A stretch of 64,000 nucleotides of DNA from an uncultured bacterium. GTDB taxonomy: Bacteria > SAR324 > NAC60-12. The position numbers were made by a program, and so were the translations under genes. Of the stretch, positions 1 through 10,474 are shown piece after piece (within the stretch, counting starts at the first letter, position 1; each line of letters starts with the position of its first letter). The notes beneath the pieces were generated by a model that worked only from the letters and a program-made list of their open reading frames with translations, had not been told where the DNA came from and did not search any database. Location of the stretch: the NCBI GenBank assembly GCA_965662235.1, contig CBFIGY010000017.1, positions 1-64,000 of the forward strand, written 5' to 3'.

Positions 1-54
1 CGCCCAACCCAACGATCTTGTGAACGAGCACACCATAAACCAGAGGTTCCCCAG

Positions 55-1404
55 ATGAACACACCGCAAAAAGTACCCGTCACCATCCTCACCGGCTTCC
101 TCGGCTCTGGCAAGACGACCCTGCTCAACCGGATCTTGAGTGAGGAGCACGGCAAACGCATCGCCGTGATCGAGAACGAATACGGAGAGGTCGGCATCGA
201 TCAGGCGCTCGTTATTGACGCTGACGAAGAAATCTTCGAGATGTCGAACGGCTGCATCTGCTGCACGGTGCGCGGAGACCTGATACGCGTGCTCGGCAAT
301 CTCATGAAGCGCCGTGACAAATTCGACTATGTGTTGGTGGAGACCACGGGGCTCGCCGATCCCGGCCCGGTCGCTCAAACCTTCTTCATGGACGACGAGA
401 TTCGCGCGGAGTTCTCGCTTGACGGAATCGTCACCCTCGTCGATGCAGCCCACATCGAGCAGCAGCTAGGCCGAAGCGCCGAAAGCACGGAGCAAATCGC
501 ATTCGCGGATGTTCTCGTGCTCAACAAGACGGACCTCGTCAACGGCGAGACGCTCGACGGGCTCGAAGCGCGGCTCCGAGACATGAACCGAATGGCGAGA
601 GTCGTGCGCAGTGAACGAGGGAACGCCCCCATCGATACGGTCCTCAATCTCGGTGCCTTCGACCTGGACCAGGTGCTCGAGCGTCGCCCTACCTTCCTCG
701 AACCGGAGTATCCGTTCGAATGGACCGGCGTCTACTCGCTCGAGCCCGGCCGCTACGAACTCAGCCTCGCCGAAGGGCCTGACCCGGCGATGTCGCTCGT
801 CATCGTGTCCGACCAGGGCACGGATGACGCCGCCCTGCGTGAGAGTGCGGAGCGGTGTGTGCGGCGGTACGCCGAACCCGCAGAGCTCATTCGCCCGGGG
901 GAAGCTATTCCTGTCGGCAAGCACGTGAGCCTCCAACTCGACGCTCCCGGACGCAAGTCATTCTTCCTGGAAGTTGATAAGCGGGTGCAGCTTGGTCTCT
1001 ATGCTCAGCACACTGCGGAAGAGTTCGATCTCCAACTCATCAAGGGCGTCGTGGTGCCCGTCGAGGTTGAGCGCACCTGGGTCGCACAGCACGAGCACGA
1101 TGACGAGGTGGGTTCCATCGCGATCGAGCGGGATGGTGACGTCGATCCTGACAGGCTGAACGCATGGTTGAGTAAGCTACTGCGTGAGCGTGGAGTGGAC
1201 ATCTTTCGGATGAAGGGTTTCATCAGCCTCGCGGGTGAGTCGGATCGTTTCGTGTTCCAAGGTGTGCACATGCTCTTTGACGGTCGGCCGGATCGCCCAT
1301 GGGGAGAGACTCCCCGGCGCAATCAACTCGTTTTCATCGGTCGCAACCTTGATGAACAGAGCATGCAGCGGGGGTTCGACGGATGTCTGACTCGAAACCG
1401 GTAA
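55..1404 (+). CDS. COG0523/CobW-family G3E GTPase (putative Zn metallochaperone) with an internal inserted domain
   Basis: Walker A GFLGSGKTT, ENEYG, metal motif GCICC, ETTGLADP, NKTD, and a C-terminal CobW_C region (FRMKG...FQGVH...LVFIGRNLD). Confidence 0.93.
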   Translation: MNTPQKVPVTILTGFLGSGKTTLLNRILSEEHGKRIAVIENEYGEVGIDQALVIDADEEIFEMSNGCICCTVRGDLIRVLGNLMKRRDKFDYVLVETTGLADPGPVAQTFFMDDEIRAEFSLDGIVTLVDAAHIEQQLGRSAESTEQIAFADVLVLNKTDLVNGETLDGLEARLRDMNRMARVVRSERGNAPIDTVLNLGAFDLDQVLERRPTFLEPEYPFEWTGVYSLEPGRYELSLAEGPDPAMSLVIVSDQGTDDAALRESAERCVRRYAEPAELIRPGEAIPVGKHVSLQLDAPGRKSFFLEVDKRVQLGLYAQHTAEEFDLQLIKGVVVPVEVERTWVAQHEHDDEVGSIAIERDGDVDPDRLNAWLSKLLRERGVDIFRMKGFISLAGESDRFVFQGVHMLFDGRPDRPWGETPRRNQLVFIGRNLDEQSMQRGFDGCLTRNR

Positions 1405-2438
1405 GATCAGAGGGAGTACTTCGTCCGGGCTGGTCTGCGGCGCTCGGCGACTACGCCATCGCCGGGGGCTGGATACTCGGCGGTGATGTTGTGGTGGTCG
1501 GTGACGCCGCGGGTAGCGTCTACGCGTTCGAGGGCAAGTCTGGTGAGACCCTCTGGGTGCGGCGCGGAATCCATGAGGGTGGTGTGCTCGCGATGGCCAT
1601 CCACCCAGACGGAACCGTGTTCGCTACGACAGGCCAGGACGGACGGGTGCTCGTCTGGGGTGTCGAAGGTGAGGTCAGTCATGCTATCGACCTCGGAAGC
1701 GGCTGGGTGGAGAACGTGGCCTGGTCACCGGATGGACACTGGTTGGCGGCCTCATGCGCCCGGCAGGTTCGACTGTACGATGCGGTCGGTGCTGAGGTTT
1801 GGCGATTTGATGATCATCCCAGCACTGTCAGCGCGATCGCCTGGTCCAACGCAGAAGAGCTTGCGACGGCCTGTTACGGTCGAGTGACGTTCTTCGATGC
1901 GTCCTCTGGGGAGCTTCGCCAGAAGCTGGAATGGAAGGGTTCCTTGGTGTCGATGGTACTGAGCCCGGACGGGGATATCGTGGCCTGCGGCAGTCAGGAT
2001 AACTCGGTGCACTTCTGGCGTCGCTCCACGGAGCAGGACTCCATGATGTCAGGATATCCTGGCAAGCCGTCGGCCCTGGCTTTCGATGACACCGGCACCC
2101 TGTTGGCGACTGGCGGAGGGAAGGCGGTGACCGTCTGGAGTTTCCAGGGAAGCGGTCCCGAAGGCACGCGGCCCGGCGTTCTGGAACTTCATGTTCAACC
2201 CGTCACGACACTTGCCTTCGCCTGCCGCGGGATGCGCCTGGCTTCGGGGGCTCGGGATGGCAGCGTAGTTGTGTGGTCACTTGGGCGTGATGGAGAAGGC
2301 GATCCGGAAGGGGTTGCGCTGTTGGCAGATGTGGTCTCCGGATTGTATTGGCGGCCAGACGGACGCGCGCTTGCTGCGCTCGACGCACGGGGTGGCGTGA
2401 CGGTTTGGAGGATAGGCTCAGGGCATGATCGTCTGTGA
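1383..2438 (+). CDS. WD40-repeat beta-propeller protein
   Basis: Repeated WD40 units (HPDGTVFATTGQDGRVLVW, SPDGDIVACGSQDNSVHFW, LASGARDGSVVVW); overlaps the end of the CobW gene. Confidence 0.9.
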   Translation: MSDSKPVRSEGVLRPGWSAALGDYAIAGGWILGGDVVVVGDAAGSVYAFEGKSGETLWVRRGIHEGGVLAMAIHPDGTVFATTGQDGRVLVWGVEGEVSHAIDLGSGWVENVAWSPDGHWLAASCARQVRLYDAVGAEVWRFDDHPSTVSAIAWSNAEELATACYGRVTFFDASSGELRQKLEWKGSLVSMVLSPDGDIVACGSQDNSVHFWRRSTEQDSMMSGYPGKPSALAFDDTGTLLATGGGKAVTVWSFQGSGPEGTRPGVLELHVQPVTTLAFACRGMRLASGARDGSVVVWSLGRDGEGDPEGVALLADVVSGLYWRPDGRALAALDARGGVTVWRIGSGHDRL

Positions 2439-2525
2439 CGCACGCTATGTCGGGGTTGGATGCGCGACATTTCCTTGCGCAAAGTGATGTGGCAAGGCAT
2501 GTCCGAAGACCGTCTGCGTGCGAGG

Positions 2526-3143
2526 CTACTTCATGTCCGAATTGCGAGAGCCTTGATAGACCGGCAGCTTGAGTTTGAAGCGAATCGCAATGCACCGCAG
2601 GGTCCCTGCAGCTAGGAACCCCAATGAGGCAGCATGAACATCACTCAACTCCAGCATCCGCCCCAAGACCACCACAGTTGCTCCCAGCGCCGCTGCCGTT
2701 ACATAGATATCGCGGCGGAGGATGATGCTGGGTTCCTGAGCCAAGAGGTCCCGAATGATGCCACCAGCAGAGGCGCTGAAGACTCCCATCACCACGGCGA
2801 CCAGACCGGAGTCTTCAACACCGAGGCATTTTAGGGTGCCTGCTGTGGCAGCAAAGGCCATTCCAAAAGCATCGAGCCAAATGATGACCTGAAGCCGGGA
2901 CTGAAGCCGCGGAGCGAGGAAGTGCATAGCTGCAGACGCGACCAGGCTGACCACCAACGGAGTGGTGTTGACGGTCCAGAAGACGGGCTGGTCCAGGATG
3001 AGGTCACGCAGTGTTCCTCCTCCCACGCCCGCGGCTGATCCCAGCCAGAGGAAGCCCAGCAGATCCATCTCCTTTCGTGAAGCGGCCAAGGCTCCTGTTA
3101 CGGCAAAGATGACCGTGGCAAAAAGGTCGAGGACCTCAAGCAT
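2526..3143 (-). CDS. UPF0126/TRIC-family membrane protein (YadS/YicG-like)
   Basis: Two internal repeats with GGGTLRD and GGIIRD, plus FAVTGA; multiple transmembrane segments. Confidence 0.9.
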   Translation of the reverse strand: MLEVLDLFATVIFAVTGALAASRKEMDLLGFLWLGSAAGVGGGTLRDLILDQPVFWTVNTTPLVVSLVASAAMHFLAPRLQSRLQVIIWLDAFGMAFAATAGTLKCLGVEDSGLVAVVMGVFSASAGGIIRDLLAQEPSIILRRDIYVTAAALGATVVVLGRMLELSDVHAASLGFLAAGTLRCIAIRFKLKLPVYQGSRNSDMK

Positions 3144-3249
3144 AGAAGCGTGCTCGGATGTGGTGTTTTCATGCTGCAGGCGCCAGGGACGCCTCCCGTG
3201 TTTGGACTGAGTCTGATCGGACGCTGTGGAGTGGAGCCCCAGAGCAGGA

Positions 3250-4263
<1,014 letters not shown>

Positions 4264-4513
4264 TCAAGTGCGGGTTGGGGCCTCAATTCAGGGTCCTACT
4301 GTTGGAGTTCTCCTCCGCAGGCTCAAGTCCATAAATGCGGCTGGCTTGGAGTCCCGGAGTCTGCGGTGGCGGTTCAAGGAGCGTCGACGTGCGGCGGCAA
4401 GGGTTGGTTTCTAGGAGCAGGGCTTTTGGTTGCGGGCACGCGTGCTATAGTCAAAAGAGACGTCAAGCCCAGTGAAGACGTGGATCAGGAAATTTTTTTC
4501 AGGGGAGAGGCCC

Positions 4514-5092
4514 ATGTCAGAAAGTCAACTGCACCCGGAGGTTCAGGCACGCCTGGACGAGATGAATCCCGTCTTGGCCCAGATTGCTTGGGACATTTTC
4601 AAGGGAGAGCGGGAGCTGTACTTCAACACCGACTTGGCGGTGTATGAAATTGAATTGCACGGCATTCAGGAGTTTGATGCTGTCTGGGGAGCCCGCGACA
4701 GCGACCAGGAGCCGGACAACTCTCTCTTCCTGCTGCTGATTGAACTGATGGACGATGAGATGTACGCCGAGAACAATGAGAAGTCCGCAGATGGGCTTCC
4801 GTACGTGGAGTACGTCTACAAGCACGCGTTTGAGGAAAAGTTTTTCAAGATCCTTGAAGACTTTGCTGAGCAGCGCAGGGAGTGGCAGCTCGCGCAAGAA
4901 GGAGACGAGGAGGTGAACCTGCTCCTGCTGGAGTCAGAGGAGGAGGTGGAGCACGCCTACCGGGACTGGACCTTCAAGACGGTGCTGGCTCAGTTTGCCA
5001 CCCAAGAGCGCATCATGATCCAGCCGGAGGCATCTCCACAGAACTCCTCAGGTCCGGGATTCTCCTATGCGGTTGCCGAGGTGCAGGACTGA
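4514..5092 (+). CDS. Acidic hypothetical protein
   Basis: Protein-like ORF; ATG 4514 follows GGGGAGAGG (ORF track starts at GTG 4472); extended -10-like TGCTATAGT at about 4443. Confidence 0.7.
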   Translation: MSESQLHPEVQARLDEMNPVLAQIAWDIFKGERELYFNTDLAVYEIELHGIQEFDAVWGARDSDQEPDNSLFLLLIELMDDEMYAENNEKSADGLPYVEYVYKHAFEEKFFKILEDFAEQRREWQLAQEGDEEVNLLLLESEEEVEHAYRDWTFKTVLAQFATQERIMIQPEASPQNSSGPGFSYAVAEVQD

Positions 5093-5251
5093 AGTCCCGA
5101 AAAGTGGCGCCTGGTGTCACTTTTGCCGCTTTCTATTCCTCTGAGGCGGAGATATGCTGAAGGGCTGTTGATCATTCCACAACTCATCCAGTACCTCCGT
5201 CCCCCGCCGTTTGACCGAGAATCCGTCCGGAGGTCTCAACCACGTAGGCTC

Positions 5252-5890
5252 ATGGGAACCAAGGAGCGCAAAGCGCGGCTGTTTCAAGCAAGAGAACGGG
5301 AGATCCTAGAGGTGGCACAGGAACTCTTTCTGGAGCATGAGTTCCACCTGGTCTCAGTGGACCGGATTGCGGAACGGGTTGAGGTCAGCAAGGGGACGAT
5401 CTACAACCACTTTGCAAGCAAAGAGGAGATCTTTGCACACCTGATGATGGAGTGGCGTGAGCAGATGATCACCCACGTTCAGCAGGTACCTCAGGCACCA
5501 CCCTACCGAGAGGTGCTTCGTGAGAGCATGCGGGCGATGATCCGCTTCAACCTAGAGCACCGGCTGGCGTACCAGCGCTTCCGGCTGTTTGAAAATTACG
5601 CGGCCACCCATTCCATCAGCGTTGCTCTGCAAGAACGCCTGGCGCAGCAGGAGCAGGTGATGCATCAGTACATCACGCAGCTGCTGCAGGGCTGCATTGC
5701 TGAAGGCTCTCTGCCGAATCAGAACACGGACTCAATGTATGTGCTGGGAAAGAGCCTGATTGTTGGCATCTCGGAACTGCTCATCCACGACCGTTTCAGC
5801 ATCTCAGCACTGAAGGAGGTGGACGAGTTCATCGACTTTGCTCTGGAGCACCTGCTCCGGAGTTCTCTCCCTGACGCTGCTTCAGCCTAA
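5252..5890 (+). CDS. TetR/AcrR-family transcriptional regulator
   Basis: HTH ILEVAQELF...VDRIAERVEVSKGTIYNHFASKEEI; start reassigned to ATG 5252. Confidence 0.9.
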   Translation: MGTKERKARLFQAREREILEVAQELFLEHEFHLVSVDRIAERVEVSKGTIYNHFASKEEIFAHLMMEWREQMITHVQQVPQAPPYREVLRESMRAMIRFNLEHRLAYQRFRLFENYAATHSISVALQERLAQQEQVMHQYITQLLQGCIAEGSLPNQNTDSMYVLGKSLIVGISELLIHDRFSISALKEVDEFIDFALEHLLRSSLPDAASA

Positions 5891-5909
5891 ACCGAAGCGG
5901 CCCTTTTGT

Positions 5910-6197
5910 TCAGCACTCGTAATCCACGACAACGGAACCGCTGGTCAGCTCCCGGATGGTCTGAATCACAGGCAGGTGGTTGGGGTGGGTGGCATAAACC
6001 TCCAAACCGGCCTGGTCGTCAAACACTGTGGTGATGACCAGGTCGTAGGAGCGCTCGGAGTGCTTGAAGTCGAGCCCGATCTCAATGGAACGCAGGGTCT
6101 CAATGTTGCCTTCTAGGGTCTTGAGAGACGCAACCGCTCGGTCGAGGTTTTCTTGGGTACGCTCCTTGAGTTTGAACATGACAATGTGCTTGACCAT
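5910..6197 (-). CDS. Dabb-family (stress-responsive A/B barrel) protein
   Basis: MVKHIVMFKLK, YATHPNH, VVDY. Confidence 0.88.
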   Translation of the reverse strand: MVKHIVMFKLKERTQENLDRAVASLKTLEGNIETLRSIEIGLDFKHSERSYDLVITTVFDDQAGLEVYATHPNHLPVIQTIRELTSGSVVVDYEC

Positions 6198-6218
6198 AAC
6201 AACGGATCAGGAAAGGGG

Positions 6219-7436
6219 TTAAGAGGCGAGCAGGCGGTGGTAACGTTTTTTGCCTGCCCGTAAGAGAATGGCGCCTTCCTGCAGGTCGGCATCGGTGAGC
6301 TGCGCATCAGCCTCAGTGGCGGCAACGGAGTTGACATAAAGTCCCCCCTGCTGCAGCATCCGGCGGGCCTCGCCGTTGGACTTGCACAGCCCTACCATGC
6401 GGAACGCGTCCAGCAGACCCACTCCTGCCTGCAGCTGCGTCTGCGGAATTTCGGTGGAGGGCACTTCCTCCAGGTTGCCGCCACCACCAAAGAGGGCTGC
6501 TGCTGCTGCTTCCGCCCGCTCCGCTTCCTCGACTCCATGGAGGATGGAGGTCGTTTCAAACGCGAGGCGCTTCTTGGCGTCTCGGATGTCAGCGCCTTGA
6601 AGCTGACCGAGCTTCCGGACTTCTTCCATGGGGAGAAAGGTGAAGAGCCCGAGGAACTTTTCCACGTCCCCGTCTTCCGTGTTGACCCAGTACTGGTAGT
6701 ACTCGTAAGGCGACGTCTTTTCTGCCGAAAGCCACACCGCTCCTTTCTCCGTCTTGCCCATCTTCTTTCCGGAAGCCGTCGTCAGCAGCGGATAGGTCCA
6801 GCCAAAGGCGGGCTTTTGCTCAACGCGTCGGATCAGGTCGACCCCCGAGATGATGTTCGCCCACTGATCGTCTCCTCCCATCTGCAACACGCAGCCGTAG
6901 CGTCGGTTGAGCTCCAGGAAGTCGTAGGACTGCAGGAGCTGGTAATTGAACTCCAGAAAGGAGAGCCCGTGCTCAAGCCGCGCTTTGTAGGTCTCATAAG
7001 AGAGCATGCGGTTGACGGAGAAGTGCCGTCCGATGTCCCGGAGGAAGTTGAGGTAATTGAGATCCCGGAGCCACTCGGCATTGTTGAGCAGAAGGGAGTC
7101 GTCTGAGAAGTCGAAGAAGCGTTCCATCTGCGGACGGATGCCTTCAATGTTGGCGTCCAGTTGCTCCACGGTGAGCATCTTCCGGGTTTCGGTCTTGCCG
7201 CTGGGGTCTCCAATCATGGCGGTGCCGCCGCCCATCAGGGCAATGATGCGGTGCCCGGCGCGCTGGAGGTGCGCGAGTCCCATGAGCGGAATGAGGTGCC
7301 CCACGTGGAGGGAGTCTGCGGTGGGGTCGAATCCGATGTAGGCGCAGAGGCGCTCCTGAGCCGCTTGCTGCAGCTCTTCCGGATGGGTGGTTTGCTGAAA
7401 GAAGCCTCGCTCGCGGAAGGTGTCAAAGATGGTCAT
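6219..7436 (-). CDS. tyrS: Tyrosine--tRNA ligase
   Basis: YIGFDPTADSLHVGH, QMGGDDQWANI, KMGKT, C-terminal S4-like domain. Confidence 0.97.
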   Translation of the reverse strand: MTIFDTFRERGFFQQTTHPEELQQAAQERLCAYIGFDPTADSLHVGHLIPLMGLAHLQRAGHRIIALMGGGTAMIGDPSGKTETRKMLTVEQLDANIEGIRPQMERFFDFSDDSLLLNNAEWLRDLNYLNFLRDIGRHFSVNRMLSYETYKARLEHGLSFLEFNYQLLQSYDFLELNRRYGCVLQMGGDDQWANIISGVDLIRRVEQKPAFGWTYPLLTTASGKKMGKTEKGAVWLSAEKTSPYEYYQYWVNTEDGDVEKFLGLFTFLPMEEVRKLGQLQGADIRDAKKRLAFETTSILHGVEEAERAEAAAAALFGGGGNLEEVPSTEIPQTQLQAGVGLLDAFRMVGLCKSNGEARRMLQQGGLYVNSVAATEADAQLTDADLQEGAILLRAGKKRYHRLLAS

Positions 7437-7469
7437 GGCCGACGCTGAAGGGGAAAGGGGGTGAAGTCA

Positions 7470-7904
7470 TTAAAAGGAACGCTGGCCGGAACAGGCCTGG
7501 TTGCAGGAAATTTCCTGATGCCCGCAGGGGACCATCAGCAGCTTCCCATTGAGGCACTCGCAGTACCCGCTGAGCCGCCGGTCAATCACCTGATCTCCGG
7601 GGGCAAGGGTCAATGGAATGGCGGGAACCGACGAATCGCAAACCTGCCGTTGCTTCCAGAGGTCATCCGTCTGCAAAGGAGTGGGCAGGTATCCGGCTGT
7701 GTCACGGAGCACCAGCTGGCAGTTCTGCAGGCACTCGTTGTAAAGCTCCGCACAGCGGGGACCGCTCAGGCTGTCTCCGAGCTGCCCGCAGGAGGGGTAC
7801 TGAAAGAGCGGGTGACGCCGCACACAGGAGTCCACACACCCGTCTGATTCCTGAGCCAAAGCACTGGTGGCCAGCAGCAGCATGATTCCCCATAGTATTG
7901 GCAC
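7470..7904 (-). CDS. Small exported Cys-rich protein (144 aa, 12 Cys)
   Basis: GTG 7904 just after the recR stop with AAGGGGG upstream; signal peptide ILWGIMLLLATSALA-Q; 12 cysteines. Confidence 0.7.
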   Translation of the reverse strand: MPILWGIMLLLATSALAQESDGCVDSCVRRHPLFQYPSCGQLGDSLSGPRCAELYNECLQNCQLVLRDTAGYLPTPLQTDDLWKQRQVCDSSVPAIPLTLAPGDQVIDRRLSGYCECLNGKLLMVPCGHQEISCNQACSGQRSF

Positions 7905-7917
7905 GTGCGCCCCCTTT

Positions 7918-8514
7918 TTAGAATGATTGACGACCTGAGAAGGCCTCCATGAGGGTGACATCATCGACGTAGTCGAGGTCACTTCCGGAAGGAAGCCCCC
8001 GTGCCAGTCGAGTGATGCGGTGAACCTTGCTGGCAAACTCGTGCTGAAGGAACAGCGCCGTTGCCTCTCCGGCCACACTGGGGTTGGTGGCCAGAATCAG
8101 CTCCTGCACCTCTCCGTGCTCCAGGCGCTTGCGCAACGCCGCCACCCGCAGCTGGTCCGGACCAATGCCCTCAAGCGGCGAGATGGCTCCCATGAGGACG
8201 TGGTAGAGCCCCTGGTAAACGCCGCTCTTTTCCAACGGAAACAGGTTATGCGGTTGCTCCACCACACAGAGCACCGTGGGGTCCCGCCGCGGATTCTGGC
8301 AGATCGTACAGAGCTCTTCTTCGGTGAAGGCCCCACACTGGTTGCAGTGCCGCACCCGCTCCTTGACTTCCCGGATGGCAGTGGCAAAGCGTTCTGCTTC
8401 TTCGGGCGTGTACCGCAGCACCCCCATGGCCAGCCGCTGCGCCGTCTTGCGCCCAATGCCCGGCAGGCGGGAAAATTCCACCACCAGGCGTTCCAGAGGA
8501 GCAGGCAGGTTCAT
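7918..8514 (-). CDS. recR: Recombination mediator RecR
   Basis: LPGIGRKTAQRL, CNQC..CTIC zinc finger, YHVLMGAISP, ILATNP, ITRLARGLP. Confidence 0.97.
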   Translation of the reverse strand: MNLPAPLERLVVEFSRLPGIGRKTAQRLAMGVLRYTPEEAERFATAIREVKERVRHCNQCGAFTEEELCTICQNPRRDPTVLCVVEQPHNLFPLEKSGVYQGLYHVLMGAISPLEGIGPDQLRVAALRKRLEHGEVQELILATNPSVAGEATALFLQHEFASKVHRITRLARGLPSGSDLDYVDDVTLMEAFSGRQSF

Positions 8515-9035
8515 GCGGGCTCGTTGCTGCCCCCGAAGTGCAGCTGAGGCTGTCGGGCTTCCGTGATCTTGAGTCCAGGAGGCTGGATGACGTTGAAGCG
8601 CACCCCGGCGTCTTCCGGTTCCCAGGTGTCGGGGTAGGACTGCAGCTCACGCCCTGCCATCAGGGTGAGGCGTCGCTGATACTCCTCTTCTGCCCGTTTG
8701 AGGTTCTCAAGGTTGTCCCGAGCCGAACGGAGCAGGCGCCCAAGGAGCTTGGAGGCCGCTCCGGACTCAAACACTTCCTGCAAAAGGGTCAGGTTGCGCT
8801 GGGAGATGGTGTACTCGGCCCGGATGTCAATGGGCACCTCTGCTTCCTCCACAAGGGTGCCACACTTGTGGTAACGGCCCTCTGCCATCTGCACCTCGGT
8901 GTACTCCAGCGTGTTGCATTGGGGGCAGTAGAGCCAGATCAGCCACCCGGGAAGAGGCGCATGGGCGGCCTCTTGCTCCCGCTTGGCCTTCCACTCTGAA
9001 AGACTGATCACTTTTGCCGATTTTTCGTCACTCAT
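8511..9035 (-). CDS. Hypothetical protein with putative Zn-ribbon
   Basis: CPQC...HKC motif; stop overlaps the recR start (ATGA); start reassigned to MSDEK. Confidence 0.7.
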   Translation of the reverse strand: MSDEKSAKVISLSEWKAKREQEAAHAPLPGWLIWLYCPQCNTLEYTEVQMAEGRYHKCGTLVEEAEVPIDIRAEYTISQRNLTLLQEVFESGAASKLLGRLLRSARDNLENLKRAEEEYQRRLTLMAGRELQSYPDTWEPEDAGVRFNVIQPPGLKITEARQPQLHFGGSNEPA

Positions 9036-9125
9036 TCTCTTTGCTCTCATTTTTGTGCAACGGCTCATTTAGCCGGAATCTCACGGAAAGTACAAGCTAC
9101 TGAAAAGTCATTGCGAATGTCCCGC

Positions 9126-9154
9126 TTGAGCCCGCACGCAATCAGCCTTATGAT
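9126..9154 (+). promoter_or_regulatory. Putative sigma70 promoter for the HMA-fxsA-ribE-mltA genes
   Basis: TTGAGC-N17-TATGAT. Confidence 0.5.
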
Positions 9155-9242
9155 GAGCCCACCTGAAGTTGAAGAACACCCGCCCTCAATTTTCTGACAC
9201 GGGTCCTGGCATCCGTGTCCCTGCAGCAGGAAAGGCTCAAGT

Positions 9243-9455
9243 ATGGAAACCACCCAGCACCTCCAGGTGGAAGGAATGAAGTGCCAAGGATGCGTCAGTG
9301 CCGTCAAGGAGGCCCTGGAGGCCGTTGAGGGAGTGACCTCGGTGGACGTGCTTTTGGAGGAAAAACTCGCGCATGTGGGCGGCGCGGCGGATCCGGAAGC
9401 CCTGACCGCAGCTGTCCGTGAAGCGGGCTTTGTGGCTACCGTGACGCCTGCCTGA
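9243..9455 (+). CDS. Heavy-metal-associated (CopZ-like) chaperone
   Basis: VEGMKCQGCV HMA motif, 70 aa. Confidence 0.9.
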   Translation: METTQHLQVEGMKCQGCVSAVKEALEAVEGVTSVDVLLEEKLAHVGGAADPEALTAAVREAGFVATVTPA

Positions 9456-9464
9456 CGGACAGCT

Positions 9465-9845
9465 GTGAAGTGGTTGCTGACCCTGGCGCTGTTTGTGGTG
9501 CCGGTTGTGGAGATCCTGGTCCTGAGTGCTGCCAGCATGGCCTCCAACTTCCTGACCATTGCGCTCCTCAGCATCAGCTCGGCTGTGGCCGGATGGTGGC
9601 TGATGCGAGGGGAGGATTATACCCTCATCACCTTGATCGTCCAGGAGCTGAAGAACAACCGACTGCCCACGGAGGAGTTGCTGGACGCAGCCCTGCTTTG
9701 GGGCAGTGGTGTCTTGCTGCTGGTCCCTGGCATCCTCACGGACGCCTGTGGCTTTGCGCTCGTGTTGCCAACGGTCCGTGAAAGTGTGGTCACCTCCTTG
9801 CGCGAGGCCATGAAGCAATCCGTTAACGTCTCTCCCCACTCGTAA
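9465..9845 (+). CDS. fxsA: FxsA-family membrane protein
   Basis: VPVVEILVL, GVLLLVPGILTDACG. Confidence 0.8.
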   Translation: MKWLLTLALFVVPVVEILVLSAASMASNFLTIALLSISSAVAGWWLMRGEDYTLITLIVQELKNNRLPTEELLDAALLWGSGVLLLVPGILTDACGFALVLPTVRESVVTSLREAMKQSVNVSPHS

Positions 9846-9847
9846 CC

Positions 9848-10474
9848 ATGTTTACAGGAATTGTCCAAGGCACCCGCCCCGTCACCGAAATCCTCAAGCG
9901 TGAAGGCACCTATCGCCTCCGGGTGCAGCTGGAGGACCTTGCCACCGATCTGCAGCGTGGCGCCAGCGTGGCCCTCAACGGCACCTGCCTCACCGCTGTC
10001 ACCATTCAGGACGGCTGGGCCGAGTTTGACGTCATTCAGGAGTCCCTCAACCGGACCAACCTGAAGGACCTTATGCCCGGAGACCCTGTCAATGTGGAAC
10101 GTGCCGCTCGCTTCGGAGATGAAATCGGTGGGCACCAGGTCAACGGCCATGTCGATGGCACCGGAACCGTGGCCGCAATCCGCCGGACGCCCAACAACTG
10201 CGATGTGACCATTCACCATGACCCGTACTGGTCCCGGTTTGTGGTCTCCAAGGGCTGGATCGCCCTAGACGGCATTAGCCTGACAGTGGTCGATGTGGCT
10301 CCCGGATCCTTCTCCGTCAGCCTCATTCCGGAAACCCTGGAGCAGACCCTCATGGGCCTCCGGAAGGAAGGAGACACCGTCAACCTAGAGTTTGACCACC
10401 TTGCCAAACTGATCTACCAGACAACAGAGGCCTTGCTGGAGCGCTGGAAATCCGAACAGGAGGGGGCCAAATGA
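9848..10474 (+). CDS. ribE: Riboflavin synthase (alpha chain; ribC in E. coli nomenclature)
   Basis: MFTGIVQ, SVALNGTCLT, VNVERA, GGHQVNGHVDG, IALDGISLT. Confidence 0.96.
   Translation: MFTGIVQGTRPVTEILKREGTYRLRVQLEDLATDLQRGASVALNGTCLTAVTIQDGWAEFDVIQESLNRTNLKDLMPGDPVNVERAARFGDEIGGHQVNGHVDGTGTVAAIRRTPNNCDVTIHHDPYWSRFVVSKGWIALDGISLTVVDVAPGSFSVSLIPETLEQTLMGLRKEGDTVNLEFDHLAKLIYQTTEALLERWKSEQEGAK

Noticed and set aside
4315..4366. Hairpin CCGCAGGCTC/GAGTCTGCGG upstream of the deaminase as a purine riboswitch
   Set aside because: No purine-riboswitch core or three-way junction recognised; G-U polarity favours the opposite strand
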